Shown here: piece by piece, positions 29,532 through 39,996 of the stretch
How positions within the stretch are numbered: position 1 is the first letter of the stretch
Layout: every line of letters begins with the position of its first letter
DNA from: Acidimicrobiales bacterium
GTDB lineage: Bacteria > Actinomycetota > Acidimicrobiia > Acidimicrobiales > SZUA-35
Assembly: GCA_024638815.1 (NCBI GenBank)
Contig: JAHEJM010000013.1
Location: 1-58,012 of the forward strand
Length of the DNA stretch: 58,012 bases
Direction: 5' to 3'
The notes under the pieces: generated by a model
What the model saw: only the letters and a program-made list of their open reading frames with translations
Databases searched by the model: none
What the model was told of the DNA's origin: nothing
Translations under genes and position numbers: made by a program

Positions 29532-30629
29532 ATGAACGATCTACGAAAGTGGTGGTGGGTGCCCGTGCTCGGGGCGCTCCTCTGCGGCGGGATCACTGCG
29601 TTGCTCGTTACAAGCGGGGTTGCCGGGCGGGTCGAGGACGGGGCGGTGGCCGCTCTGGAAGCAGCCGGTCTCGACACCGGCGTGGACTATGTCGGCGTCG
29701 ACGGTCTCAGCGGCATCGGGCGGGACGGCGTCAATGTCGTGCTGGAGGGACCGGCAGCCGATGAGGCGGCTGCCGTCGAGGCGGTGTCGGCCCGGTCCGA
29801 GGTCGATGAGGTTGTGTACCGGGTGGTCGAGAGCGATGCCACAGGCGGCCTCGGGGCCGATGACGGCGAACCGGACCTTGACGCGTCGGATGATGTTGCT
29901 GCCCCCACCGCCGAAGACGCGGCGGATGAAGCCGGTGACGGCGACCGGCAGACCGAGGCGGCGGCGCCGGCACCGATGGCGGTGGCCGCCGTGGTGGGCG
30001 CAGACGAGATGGTACTCTCCGGCCAGGTTCCGGATGAAGCCGCCCGAGACGCTCTGGTGATCGCGGCCGTCGCCCAGTACGGCGAGGAGGCGGTAACCGA
30101 GGAGTTGGAGATTGCCGCCGAGGCGGTGACCGCCGACGGTGGCACCCTCACGGTCTCGGGCGAGGCGTCAACCGAGGCCGAGCGGGCGGAGTTGCTCGAC
30201 CGTGCCGAAGCGGTTGCCGTGGCCGGAGGCCTCGACCTGGTCGACGGGGTGACGGTCCGAAGCGTCGAGCAGTCGCTGAACGACCTGTTCGAGCTGGACC
30301 CGATCGAGTTCGACACGGCCCGGGCCACGATCCGGGACGGTTCGACTCCCACGTTGGATGCCGCCGCTGAACTCATCAACGCCAACCCTGACGCCGGGCC
30401 GCTTCTCGTCGTCGGTCACACCGACAGCGACGGCTCGACCCGTACAAATCAAGCCCTGAGCGAGGCTCGGGCTGCAGCGGTGGTCGACTATCTGGTCACC
30501 ACCGGCAGTGTCGAACCCGAGCGGTTGGAAGCCGAAGGCCGGGGCGAATCCGAACTTCTGGTGGATCCGGACATCACTCCGGAGGACAGGCAACGTAACC
30601 GGCGGATCGAATGGGAGCTTCTCTCATGA
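29532..30629 (+). CDS. Membrane-anchored BON + OmpA-like peptidoglycan-binding protein (ArfA/Rv0899-like)
   Basis: N-terminal TM, BON-like VLSGQVPDEAAR, OmpA C-domain VVGHTDSDG...NQALSEARA..V..YL...NRRIE. Confidence 0.85.
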   Translation: MNDLRKWWWVPVLGALLCGGITALLVTSGVAGRVEDGAVAALEAAGLDTGVDYVGVDGLSGIGRDGVNVVLEGPAADEAAAVEAVSARSEVDEVVYRVVESDATGGLGADDGEPDLDASDDVAAPTAEDAADEAGDGDRQTEAAAPAPMAVAAVVGADEMVLSGQVPDEAARDALVIAAVAQYGEEAVTEELEIAAEAVTADGGTLTVSGEASTEAERAELLDRAEAVAVAGGLDLVDGVTVRSVEQSLNDLFELDPIEFDTARATIRDGSTPTLDAAAELINANPDAGPLLVVGHTDSDGSTRTNQALSEARAAAVVDYLVTTGSVEPERLEAEGRGESELLVDPDITPEDRQRNRRIEWELLS

Positions 30630-30684
30630 CCGGTCTCGGCGCAGAACTCGTAGGAACTCGATCTAGCAAGGGAGCGAAGTAGAG

Positions 30685-32418
30685 ATGGGTTGGCTTTTCG
30701 GAACGATTGCGCTGGCGTTGCTGCTCTGCTTCGTACTCGGGCTCATCCTGGGATTGCTGTGGTGGCTGTGGCGCCGCCGGGGCGAGAGTGCAGAATTCGA
30801 GCGACGTCGCCTGGAGGCCGAGGCCGAGGCCGACCGTCTACGGTTGCGGGTCAACTCGCTCACGCAGGTGGAGGCAAAGGCGGAGGAGCTGCGAGCCGAG
30901 TTGGACGAGGTCCGGCTCACCGTCAATCGGGTTCCGACGCTGGAGTCCGCCATGCAAAGCTTCAAGTCGAAGGCCGACCTCGTGCCCGACCTGGAGCAGC
31001 AGGTGATACGCCTGCGGAAGCGGGCCGATCGGGCCGATGAACTCGAATCCGAGCTGGCCTCGCTTCGAGCTGAGGCCGGCAAGGTGCCCGACCTGGAAGC
31101 GACGATCGTCGACCTGCGGGCAGATGCCGATCGGGCCACGACTTTGGAGACGCAGATGGTCGCTCTTCGCGGCAAGGCCGATCAGGTCGACGGTCTACGT
31201 GTGGAGCTGGAGGGGGTGCGGATCGAGGCGGCCAAGGTCGGCGATCTCGACAGCCGGGTCTCCGAGCTCAACATCGAATTGGACGAATCCCGGGAGCTGG
31301 CCGGACTCGTGAACGGGCTCGAGGTCGAACTCTCGGAGGCCAAGGCCGAGACGGCGCGCCTCGCCGGGCTCGAGGCCGAGATCGCCTCGCTGCGGGGCGG
31401 GCTGGAAACGACCCGTGGGGAACTGGCCTCGGCCCGGGCCGAGGCGGCGGAGCTGGAAAGGCGCAACAAGGAGATCCAGACCCTCACCGCACGAGTCGGT
31501 GATGTGGAGTCCAGCCGGCACCAGGCGGCGTCTCGAGCCCTGGAGGCGGGCAAGCTGGCCGAGGATCTGAGATCTCGACTGGCTGCGGCCGAGAAGACGG
31601 CGGCCCTGGTCCCGGAGCGGGACCGCACCATCGATGACCTTCGGGCACGTCTCGAGGTAGCCCAGGAGGTGGCTCGTCAGGCCGACCAGGCGTCCATGGC
31701 GTCAGAGGCGACCGAGGGGGTGGAGGCGGTCAACGTGATGGGCGGGACCGGATCGGCGGCGAAGGCCGAGCCCTCCCGGGCGTCGTGGCAAACAGGCATC
31801 ACGGATCTGGGCACGCCGGGGGCCGATCATCGTGACGATCTCAAGCGGATTCGCGGCATAGGTCCGGTCATGGAGAAGACGCTGAACAGTTTCGGTATCC
31901 AGACCTGGGAGCAGGTGGCGGCCTTCACTCCCGAAGACGTGGCCGAAGTAAGCGAGGTCATCGACGCGTTCCCCGGTCGCATCGAGCGCGACGACTGGAT
32001 CGGCGGGGCGCAACGGTTGCTCGATCAGGGCCACGTACCGGGAGAGGACACCTCGGCAGGAGAGACCAAGCCCACAAAGAAGGAGACGGGGGACAACAGG
32101 GGTGAGGTTCCGTCGTGGGCCGAGGGCACGACCAGCCTCGGTACCCCGGGAGCCGCCCACAAGGACGACCTCAAGGTGGTGAATGGCATCGGTCCGGTCA
32201 TGGAGAAGACGCTGAACGGTTTCGGTATTCAGACCTGGGAGCAGCTGGCGGCGTTCGAGAAGGCCGACATCGACAAGGTCACTGAGGCCATCGACGCCTT
32301 CCCCGGCCGCATCGAGCGTGACCGGTGGGTGCCTCAGGCCAAGGATCTGATCGAACGGTTCCCGCTTCGCACCCCCTATGACCGGCCGACCCGGAAGACC
32401 TATCTGAACGAGGTCTGA
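30685..32418 (+). CDS. Membrane-anchored coiled-coil protein with two C-terminal helix-hairpin-helix (DUF4332-like) modules
   Basis: N-terminal TM, long coiled coil, two copies of DDLK.I/V.GIGPVMEKTLN.FGI.TWEQ.AAF...GRIERD.W. Confidence 0.82.
   Translation: MGWLFGTIALALLLCFVLGLILGLLWWLWRRRGESAEFERRRLEAEAEADRLRLRVNSLTQVEAKAEELRAELDEVRLTVNRVPTLESAMQSFKSKADLVPDLEQQVIRLRKRADRADELESELASLRAEAGKVPDLEATIVDLRADADRATTLETQMVALRGKADQVDGLRVELEGVRIEAAKVGDLDSRVSELNIELDESRELAGLVNGLEVELSEAKAETARLAGLEAEIASLRGGLETTRGELASARAEAAELERRNKEIQTLTARVGDVESSRHQAASRALEAGKLAEDLRSRLAAAEKTAALVPERDRTIDDLRARLEVAQEVARQADQASMASEATEGVEAVNVMGGTGSAAKAEPSRASWQTGITDLGTPGADHRDDLKRIRGIGPVMEKTLNSFGIQTWEQVAAFTPEDVAEVSEVIDAFPGRIERDDWIGGAQRLLDQGHVPGEDTSAGETKPTKKETGDNRGEVPSWAEGTTSLGTPGAAHKDDLKVVNGIGPVMEKTLNGFGIQTWEQLAAFEKADIDKVTEAIDAFPGRIERDRWVPQAKDLIERFPLRTPYDRPTRKTYLNEV
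31786..32330 (+). repeat. Intragenic duplication (~215 bp, 330-bp period)
   Basis: GGTCCGGTCATGGAGAAGACGCTGAAC identical at 31861 and 32191. Confidence 0.9.
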
Positions 32419-32478
32419 CGCCGGCCCGGTCGTTCGGCTCAGGCGACCCCTCGAACGTCGGTCAGGAATGGCCGCCGA

Positions 32479-33396
32479 TCACGACCGGTAGTCGTAGAAG
32501 CCGCGCCCGGTTTTGCGGCCGAGCAGTCCGGCCTCGACCATGCGGGCCAGCAGAGGTGGGGGAGCGTACAGTTGTTCCTTGAACTCGTCGTACAGCGATT
32601 CGGCGACGGCCATCGTCGTGTCCAGACCGATGAGATCGGTCAGGGCCAGCGGGCCCATGGGATGGGCGCAGCCGGTGACCATACCCTCGTCGATGTCCTC
32701 CTTGGAGGCGAAACCCGACTCGAACATGCGGATCGCCGACAGTAGGTAGGGAATCAGCAGTGCGTTGACGATGAACCCGGCCCGGTCCTTCGATTTGATG
32801 ACCCGCTTGCCCAGGGTTCGACCGGCATACCGCTCGGCCACGTCCTGGGTGTGGTCCGACGTGTGGAGGGAGGTCACCAGTTCCACCAGGTGGAGCACGG
32901 GGACCGGATTGAAGAAGTGGATACCGATCACCGATTCGGGCCGGCCCGTGGCCATGGCCAGTTTCATGATCGGGATCGAGGAGGTGTTGGAGGCCAGGAC
33001 GGCGTCATCGCCCTCGACGATCTTGTCCAGGGATCGGAACAGCTCGATCTTGGCCGGTTCGTCCTCGACGATGGCCTCGATCACGAGTTGCCGATCGGCC
33101 AGTTCCTCGAGCTGGTGGGTCACCGTGATGCGATCGAGGGCCGCCGCCCCGTCGCTGTCGCTCAGCTTGCCGCTGTTCATGGCCCGGTCCAACGACTTGG
33201 CGATCCGGGCCCGACCGGCCTCTGCCGCCTCCGGGGTCGCCTCCGCCACCACCACATCGAGGCCGGCTCGGGCCGACACCTCGGCGATGCCCGATCCCAT
33301 CAACCCGGCTCCGACGACACCAACCCGCTGGATGGGGTCGGCTTCTCCGGCAGGGGCGGATCCTGACGCGTCGGCACTGGTTGTCGCACTGGTCAT
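32479..33396 (-). CDS. 3-hydroxybutyryl-CoA dehydrogenase
   Basis: VGVVGAGLMGSGIA, LASNTSS, GIHFFNPVP, GFIVNALL, HPMGPL.L.D.IGLD, G.LGRKTGRGFY. Confidence 0.95.
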   Translation of the reverse strand: MTSATTSADASGSAPAGEADPIQRVGVVGAGLMGSGIAEVSARAGLDVVVAEATPEAAEAGRARIAKSLDRAMNSGKLSDSDGAAALDRITVTHQLEELADRQLVIEAIVEDEPAKIELFRSLDKIVEGDDAVLASNTSSIPIMKLAMATGRPESVIGIHFFNPVPVLHLVELVTSLHTSDHTQDVAERYAGRTLGKRVIKSKDRAGFIVNALLIPYLLSAIRMFESGFASKEDIDEGMVTGCAHPMGPLALTDLIGLDTTMAVAESLYDEFKEQLYAPPPLLARMVEAGLLGRKTGRGFYDYRS

Positions 33397-33519
33397 GGGC
33401 CAACAGTGCCCGTTTCCGCTCACGGTTTCCAACCACGCCGTCGATTTCCCATGGTGGTCGGTCGGGCCATGGCGCCCGAACCACCGGGCCGAGCGTGCCG
33501 TCGGGATAGATTGAGCCCG

Positions 33520-35004
33520 ATGACCCCCGACGAATTCCGAGCCGCCGGTCATGCGCTCATCGACTGGATTGCCGACTATCGGGCGACGCTGGAGCAGCGC
33601 CCGGTACGGACCGGTGTCGAACCGGGCGACGTGCTCTCCCGGTTTCCAACCGTGCCCCCCGAGGATGCCGGATCCTTCGACGAGTTGCTGACCGCTCTGG
33701 AGGATCGGGTGGTTCCCGGCCTGACCCAGATCCAGCACCCGATGCACTACGGCTGGTTCCCGGCCAATGCGGCGCTGGCCTCGGTTCTGGGTGACATCGC
33801 CTCGTCCGGGCTCGGAGCCCTCGGCATCTCCTGGGAGAGCGCACCGGCTCTCACCGAGGTGGAGCAGGTGGTCTGTGACTGGCTTCGGCAGCTGACCGGT
33901 CTTTCCGAGGAATGGTCGGGGACCATTCACGACACGGCGTCGACCTCGTGTCTGACCGCATTGCTGGTGGCCCGGGAGACGGCGGCCCGCAGCTATGACG
34001 ATCAGGGTATGGCTTCGCTCGACCGGCAGCCTGTCGTCTACTGCACATCTCAGGCTCATTCGTCGGTCAAGAAGGCGGCCCTACTGGCCGGATTCGGTGA
34101 GGCCAACGTCCGCCTCGTCGACCATGACCCCTCGACATTCGCCATGGACCCCGACGATCTGGCCCATCGCATCGACGACGATCTCGCCGCCGGGCGCCAT
34201 CCGGTGGCCGTGGTGGCAACCGTGGGAACGACGGGAACGACGGCCATCGATCCGGTGGGTGCCATCGTCGACGTGGCCCGTCGCCACGACGGCATCTGGA
34301 TCCACGTCGATGCCGCCATGGCCGGCTCGGCCATGATCCTGCCCGAGTGCCGCCATTTGTGGCAGGGCGTGGAGGGCGCCGACTCGCTGACCTGGAACGC
34401 CCACAAGTGGCTCGGAACGATCCTCGACACCTCGCTGTTCTACACCCGTCGGCCCGATGCCCTCATTCAGGTGATGTCCACCAACCCCAGCTATCTGTGG
34501 TCCAAGGCCGACGGTCAGGTTGTCCAGTATCGCGACTGGGGAATCCCCCTCGGCCGTAGATTCCGAGCACTGAAGTTGTGGTTCCATCTCCACCTGGACG
34601 GTGCCGACGCCCTCCGGGCCCGCCTCCGTCGGGACCTCGACAACGCCCGGTGGCTGGCCCGGCAGGTGGAGGCCGCATCGGACTGGGAGGTGGTGGCTCC
34701 GGTCCCGCTGCAGACCATCTGCGTCGTCCACCATCCCGACCACAACACGGTGGACGGTGTCGAGTCGACCAACGCCCACACCCTTCGATGGGTGGAACGG
34801 GTCAACGCCTCCGGTCGGGCCTACCTGACCCCGACCATGATCGCCGGTCGGTGGATCGCCCGGGTCTCCATCGGGGTCGAGACCCAGGAGCGCCACCACG
34901 TCAAGCGGCTGTGGCGACTGATGTGCGACGCAGCCCAAAGCGCCGCAGCCGAGGGCGCGGTGCCCGACGGCCACACCTCCGCCTTTGACGGGTCCGAACG
35001 ATGA
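33520..35004 (+). CDS. PLP-dependent aromatic L-amino-acid decarboxylase family protein
   Basis: MTPDEFR..GH.LIDWIADY, QAHSSV.KA, GTTGTTAIDP, HVDAA.AG, NAHKW, PLGRRFRALKLW. Confidence 0.92.
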   Translation: MTPDEFRAAGHALIDWIADYRATLEQRPVRTGVEPGDVLSRFPTVPPEDAGSFDELLTALEDRVVPGLTQIQHPMHYGWFPANAALASVLGDIASSGLGALGISWESAPALTEVEQVVCDWLRQLTGLSEEWSGTIHDTASTSCLTALLVARETAARSYDDQGMASLDRQPVVYCTSQAHSSVKKAALLAGFGEANVRLVDHDPSTFAMDPDDLAHRIDDDLAAGRHPVAVVATVGTTGTTAIDPVGAIVDVARRHDGIWIHVDAAMAGSAMILPECRHLWQGVEGADSLTWNAHKWLGTILDTSLFYTRRPDALIQVMSTNPSYLWSKADGQVVQYRDWGIPLGRRFRALKLWFHLHLDGADALRARLRRDLDNARWLARQVEAASDWEVVAPVPLQTICVVHHPDHNTVDGVESTNAHTLRWVERVNASGRAYLTPTMIAGRWIARVSIGVETQERHHVKRLWRLMCDAAQSAAAEGAVPDGHTSAFDGSER

Positions 35005-35900
35005 CGGCGGGTGTGGCCGGTGATGACGGCATGACGGGGAACGGTCGTCCGCGCCTGCTGGCCGTCGACATCGACGGCACCATGATTCGCAGCGACGGCA
35101 CCCTGTCCCTCGCGGTCAAGGATGCACTGCATCGAGCCGTTGGATCCGGTATCCACGTGGTGCCGACAACCGGCCGGCCCGAGGCGGTGGCACGAGACAT
35201 CGTGGCCGCCAGCGAACTCGATCAGTACTGGATCTTTGCCAATGGCGCGGTGACCCGGCACCTGGCCCGAAATGAGACGGTTCGCGGTTTCTGGATCGAA
35301 CGGGAAGTAGCCCTCGATGTGGTGGCCGCAGTTCGGGATCGTCGCCCCGATCTCGGATTCGCCGTCGAGTTCGAATCGTCCTTGGCCTACGAAGTCGGGT
35401 TCGAGGCCGTCGTCCCGAATCCCCTCCCTGTTCCCGCCGTCGACCGAATCGAGCCGATACTCGAGACCGGAAGCGATCGAATCCAGAAACTGCTGCTGTT
35501 CGATCCCTCGGTCCCGTTCGATCCGACCCTCGACGAGGTCGGCAAACACAGACAGCGGCAACGCCTCGACGTGATGTTCTCGGTCGTGGGGGAGGTGGCC
35601 CGGGATCGAGCCGTACCCAGCTACTCCGGTCTCCCGTTCGTGGAACTTGCGGCCCGGCACGTCACCAAGGCTCTCGCCCTGGCCGCCCTGGCCGATCAAC
35701 TGACCCTCTCCGCCCACCATGTCGTGGCCGTCGGCGACAATCACAATGACATCCCGATGCTGGAGTGGGCCGGTGTCGGGCTGGCCATGGGAAACGCCAC
35801 CGACGACGCCAAGAAGGCGGCCGACCGGACCATCGGGTCAAACGACGACGACGGCCTGGCCCACGCCATCAACGACCTGCTCGATGTGATGATTCCCTGA
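35001..35900 (+). CDS. Cof-type HAD-IIB hydrolase
   Basis: DIDGT, TTGR, NGA, TK..AL, VGDNHNDIPML...AMGNA. Confidence 0.92.
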   Translation: MTAGVAGDDGMTGNGRPRLLAVDIDGTMIRSDGTLSLAVKDALHRAVGSGIHVVPTTGRPEAVARDIVAASELDQYWIFANGAVTRHLARNETVRGFWIEREVALDVVAAVRDRRPDLGFAVEFESSLAYEVGFEAVVPNPLPVPAVDRIEPILETGSDRIQKLLLFDPSVPFDPTLDEVGKHRQRQRLDVMFSVVGEVARDRAVPSYSGLPFVELAARHVTKALALAALADQLTLSAHHVVAVGDNHNDIPMLEWAGVGLAMGNATDDAKKAADRTIGSNDDDGLAHAINDLLDVMIP

Positions 35901-35927
35901 ATCGAGCCCGGGTCGGGGTCGGGCCGG

Positions 35928-36734
35928 CTACCGATGGCCGGGATGACCGGGTCGGAGTTGGTGGCGATGAAGTGCGTCGGCGATGGCCTGGACGCCGGCC
36001 ACACTATTGATCAGTCCCAGGTGGGAGACCGAGATCCGGACCAGGGAAGCGGCGGGGTCGAGTGATGCCCGCCAGTCGATGAAGCCGTCGGTTCGGGAGT
36101 AGATGGACACGAAGTCGATGAACGAGGGGAAGTCGACGAAGCGGTCACGGTCGACCGCTTCCTCCCGCTCGTGATTCACCGGCCCGAAGGCTCCCCGGCG
36201 CCAGGTGATCTCGAGCACCTCGATCGGTACCCGAAGCGGAGCGAACCGGGGGTACTTCATGAGCAGCGGAGCGCCGAGGGTAATGATCTGGCGGACCATT
36301 TCGGGGTATCGGACGGCGAGAATCCGGGCGAACTGGCCGCCCCGGGAGTGGCCGATGATGACCACCGGTCGGCCGGCGTCGGCGAACAGGCGGTGGAGAT
36401 CACATTCCGAGGATTGGACGCCGGCATAGGCCGGGCCCGAGTTGCGCCCGACATCGGCGATGCGTGCGTCCCAGCCGGCCTGTTCGAGAATGTGGACCAG
36501 GGAGTCGGCGCTGGTCGGACTGGCCAGGAAGCCGGGGATGACCAGTAGGGGACGGCCGTGGCCGTGGGGGATGCCCACGCCCCGCCACAGCGGATGTCGC
36601 CGTAACGCCTTGAGCTCGAACGGGCTTCGGGCCTCGAGGAAGACCGGGCGTCCGAACCAGGCTCTCGCACCACGGTGGGGCGGCAGTGACCGCAGGACGG
36701 CCGTCGTCTCCAGGGACGAAACCGAACCGGTCAT
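35928..36734 (-). CDS. Alpha/beta hydrolase (lipase/esterase-like)
   Basis: LVIPGFL, GHSRGG nucleophile elbow, ITLGAP, SIYSRTDG, SHLG. Confidence 0.85.
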   Translation of the reverse strand: MTGSVSSLETTAVLRSLPPHRGARAWFGRPVFLEARSPFELKALRRHPLWRGVGIPHGHGRPLLVIPGFLASPTSADSLVHILEQAGWDARIADVGRNSGPAYAGVQSSECDLHRLFADAGRPVVIIGHSRGGQFARILAVRYPEMVRQIITLGAPLLMKYPRFAPLRVPIEVLEITWRRGAFGPVNHEREEAVDRDRFVDFPSFIDFVSIYSRTDGFIDWRASLDPAASLVRISVSHLGLINSVAGVQAIADALHRHQLRPGHPGHR

Positions 36735-36877
36735 GATCGGGTTGGGTTGGTATTCATGGTCGACGATCAAGTGTAGAGAATCATGCCCGGTCGGACACCT
36801 GGGGCGTTCCCGGCCCAGCCCCGACGGGGTGAGGGCCGGTGACGGATCATCGTGCACAGGGCTATCGTGCACAGGCG

Positions 36878-37501
36878 ATGGCAGAGCTGCGCTTCTTCTA
36901 CGGCACCATGGGTTCGGGAAAGTCGACCCAGGCTCTGCAGATTCATCACAATCTGGTCAAGGGCGGCCTGGCCTGCCTGCTCATCACCCAGCTCGATCGT
37001 CACGAGGGGGTGGTGTCCAGCCGCCTGGGCGTGTCGGCCGATGCCGTCATCATCGACGGCACGGTCGACTTGCGCCGGCTGGTCTACCAGGAACACCTGG
37101 AACGTCAGGGGCTGCACGCCGTCATCTGTGACGAGGCCCAGTTCTATGAACCGGGCCAGATCGACCAGTTGGCCCGGGTGGTCGACGAGTTCGACGTCGA
37201 GGTCTATGCCTTCGGACTGCTCACGTCGTTCCAGGGTTTGATGTTTCCCGGCAGCCGTCGCCTCATGGAAATCGCCGACCGCCGGCTCGAACTGCAGGTC
37301 GAGGCGCGCTGCTGGTGCGGGGCCAGGGCCACCCACAACGCTCGATTGGTCAACGGGCGTCAGGTCTACGAGGGCGACCTCAAGGTGGTGGGTGACGCCG
37401 GGGAGACCGATGCCGTCGTCACCTACGATCTCCGCTGTCGCCGCCACTGGCTGGCGGGACGAGACGACGCCAATCAGGACGCCTTGTTCGACGATTACTG
37501 A
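36878..37501 (+). CDS. tdk: Thymidine kinase
   Basis: L.FFYGTMGSGKST, SSRLG, CDEAQF, FPGS.RL, CWCG, CRRH. Confidence 0.95.
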   Translation: MAELRFFYGTMGSGKSTQALQIHHNLVKGGLACLLITQLDRHEGVVSSRLGVSADAVIIDGTVDLRRLVYQEHLERQGLHAVICDEAQFYEPGQIDQLARVVDEFDVEVYAFGLLTSFQGLMFPGSRRLMEIADRRLELQVEARCWCGARATHNARLVNGRQVYEGDLKVVGDAGETDAVVTYDLRCRRHWLAGRDDANQDALFDDY

Positions 37502-37586
37502 ACCTGCCGATCGGACCCATCCCGTCACCGATTGGCCGGTTGGGCGGCGCCGACGGCCCACGAGTACCGTGATCGAGGTGAGTCCG

Positions 37587-38264
37587 ATGGCGTCCGCACC
37601 CGAGATCGTGGCTGCCGATGAGCAGCCCGACGAGCGTGATCTGAGGCCCGGTGGACTGATCGAGTCCGATCATCCGGTTGTCCGGCGGCTGGTCGATCGC
37701 GCACTGAAGGAGGCGGCGACGCAGGATGTCGGGGCCGGTTCCGCGGCGTCGTCTGTGGCCCGCGCCGTGGCTCTGTTCGTCGCCGTGAGGGACGGGTACC
37801 GGTACGATCCGTACACTATCAGCCGAGAACCCGATGAGTACCGTGCGGGGGCGGTGGCCGAGGGCTCACAGAGCTGGTGCGTTCCCAAAGCCACCCTGCT
37901 CACGGCTGCGGCCCGAGCCGCCGGGATTCCGGCTCGAGTGGGTTTCGCCGATGTGAGAAACCACTTGCAGTCGGCTCGACTGCGGGACCGGATGGGCACC
38001 GATCTGTTCCTCTGGCATGGCTACAGCGTGTTGTGGCTGGGGGATCGCTGGCTCAAGGCATCACCGGCGTTCAACCGGGAGCTGTGTGAACGGTTCCGAA
38101 CCCGGGTCCTGGAGTTCGACGGGCGCTCCGATGCACTGTTCCACGAATACGACACCGATGGCAACCGCCACATGGAGTACGTGAACCACCGCGGTGTCTA
38201 CCGGGACATCCCGCTGGCCGCCATTTTCGACACGTTCGACCAGTACTACCCCGATCTCGTGTGA
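37587..38264 (+). CDS. Transglutaminase-like domain protein
   Basis: VRDG.RYDPY, WCVPKA.LL.A.ARA.GIPARVGFADVRNHL, WHGY, KASPAFN. Confidence 0.88.
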   Translation: MASAPEIVAADEQPDERDLRPGGLIESDHPVVRRLVDRALKEAATQDVGAGSAASSVARAVALFVAVRDGYRYDPYTISREPDEYRAGAVAEGSQSWCVPKATLLTAAARAAGIPARVGFADVRNHLQSARLRDRMGTDLFLWHGYSVLWLGDRWLKASPAFNRELCERFRTRVLEFDGRSDALFHEYDTDGNRHMEYVNHRGVYRDIPLAAIFDTFDQYYPDLV

Positions 38265-38558
38265 CGCCGAACCTCGATGTGTTTGACCCCGCTGCGTTGG
38301 ATCACCCACCAAGTAAGAACTCAATGGCCCTGCGGGTGTGCAGCCGGCCCCGGGTAGTTCAACCGTGCCGAGGTGGACCGAATGGGCCATCGGTGGGATG
38401 GAATCCTGCCCGCAACACGGTTGAAACACCAATGAAATCGGCGAAATCGGCCGACATCGGCTCTTGTGGCGGTTTTAGGGCTGGTTCTTGGCCAAATGTT
38501 TGACTAAACTTGGCGACGGACCAACCAGAAACATGACGGATCGGCGGAGATCACGCGA

Positions 38559-39002
38559 ATGTTTGACATAACCCTTTTCATCGGTGCCATGGTGGGCTTG
38601 CTCATTGGGGCTGTCGGCATGTGGGTGCTTGATCGCCGCCATCAGCGGATCACCAAGAAGTTAGTGGAGAGTCGCCGCAAGATCGAGCGGCAACGAACCC
38701 AGGCCGTCAACGATCTGTTTGCGCTACGGGCCGAGATGGAGGATCCGAAGTTTCGAGCCCAGCACCAGCAGCCGCTGGATCCGGTTGTGTCCACCGGTCC
38801 CGATCCCAAAACCGCAGCGGAGTTGGCCAACCTGCGTAGTCTGATCGCGCGGGCCGACGGGGCGTTGACCGCCGCTCGCCGCAAGCGGGACGAACACGAG
38901 CGTGAGATCGCCCGTCTTCGCAGCGTGCTCGAGGACCGCCTTGACGCCGCCGATGTAATCGATCTCCGCCGCCCGGAGGGCGCCGGCGGGTTGGCCCTGT
39001 AG
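38559..39002 (+). CDS. Hypothetical single-TM coiled-coil protein
   Basis: N-terminal TM followed by charged helical heptads; SD GGAG. Confidence 0.7.
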   Translation: MFDITLFIGAMVGLLIGAVGMWVLDRRHQRITKKLVESRRKIERQRTQAVNDLFALRAEMEDPKFRAQHQQPLDPVVSTGPDPKTAAELANLRSLIARADGALTAARRKRDEHEREIARLRSVLEDRLDAADVIDLRRPEGAGGLAL

Positions 39003-39201
39003 CGTCCGTCGACAGCCTACACGGGGCCTGCTCTTCCAACCACAAAGGTCACATTCGGACCTGATCACGCGCCGGTAATCCATCGCCGGGCGCGGACGGT
39101 GTCATGTTTGGCCCAAAACGACCCATCGCCGATCCCCGCATCCTAAAGTGGTCGGTCGAACGGAAGTTATTCCCATCGACCGGTCAAACAAGGGGAAGAC
39201 A

Positions 39202-39984
39202 ATGACACGACGAACGGTGGCCGTGTTGAACCAGAAGGGGGGAGTGGGCAAGACGACGGTTGCGCTCGGCCTTGCTTCGGCCGCCTGGGCTGCCGGGCTG
39301 AAGACGCTTGTTGTTGATCTCGACGCCCAGGCCAACGCCAGCTGGACCCTCGGTGTCGAACCGTCGAGTGCCAATTTCGGCAGCGGTGACGCCATGACAT
39401 CCCGCCATCCTGGGGCGGCGGCCGACATGATCGTGCGGTCGGGCTGGGGCAGTAGCATCTGGCTGCTGCCGGCCTCCTCCGATCTCATCGAGCGTGACGC
39501 CGATACCCGTCGTGACAGCACGGTCGGTCGGCTGGCCCGGGCCTTGGACGGAGTAACCCGGGACTTCGATCTGATCCTCATCGACTGTGCCCCGTCGTTG
39601 GGGCTGAACACAGCGTGCGGCCTGGCCGCGGCCGAAGGAGCGTTGCTCGTGGTCGAACCGACGGTGTTCGGCCTTCGCGGCGTCGAACCGGTCCTCGATC
39701 TGGTCGAGCATGTCTGGAGCACCGAGAACCAGCAGCTCGACCTGGCCGGTGTTGTACTGAACCGGTTGCCGGCCATCTCCTCCGACGCCCAGGCACGCGT
39801 CGTGGAGTTGAACAAGATGGTGGGCACCCGTTCGGTGTGGAAACCGGCGATCCCGCAACGGGTCCTGGTCAACCAGGCCCACGGCGAGCGGGCTCCCATC
39901 CACGCCTTCGGAAGCCAGGCCCGTGATCTCATTGATGTGTTCGACCAGTTGCTGGGTAGGCTTCGTCGCTGGTCGAACAGTTAG
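39202..39984 (+). CDS. ParA/Soj-family ATPase (no adjacent parB)
   Basis: NQKGGVGKTT, DLDAQANA, LIDCAPSLG. Confidence 0.92.
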   Translation: MTRRTVAVLNQKGGVGKTTVALGLASAAWAAGLKTLVVDLDAQANASWTLGVEPSSANFGSGDAMTSRHPGAAADMIVRSGWGSSIWLLPASSDLIERDADTRRDSTVGRLARALDGVTRDFDLILIDCAPSLGLNTACGLAAAEGALLVVEPTVFGLRGVEPVLDLVEHVWSTENQQLDLAGVVLNRLPAISSDAQARVVELNKMVGTRSVWKPAIPQRVLVNQAHGERAPIHAFGSQARDLIDVFDQLLGRLRRWSNS

Positions 39985-39996
39985 CCGGTACAACGC

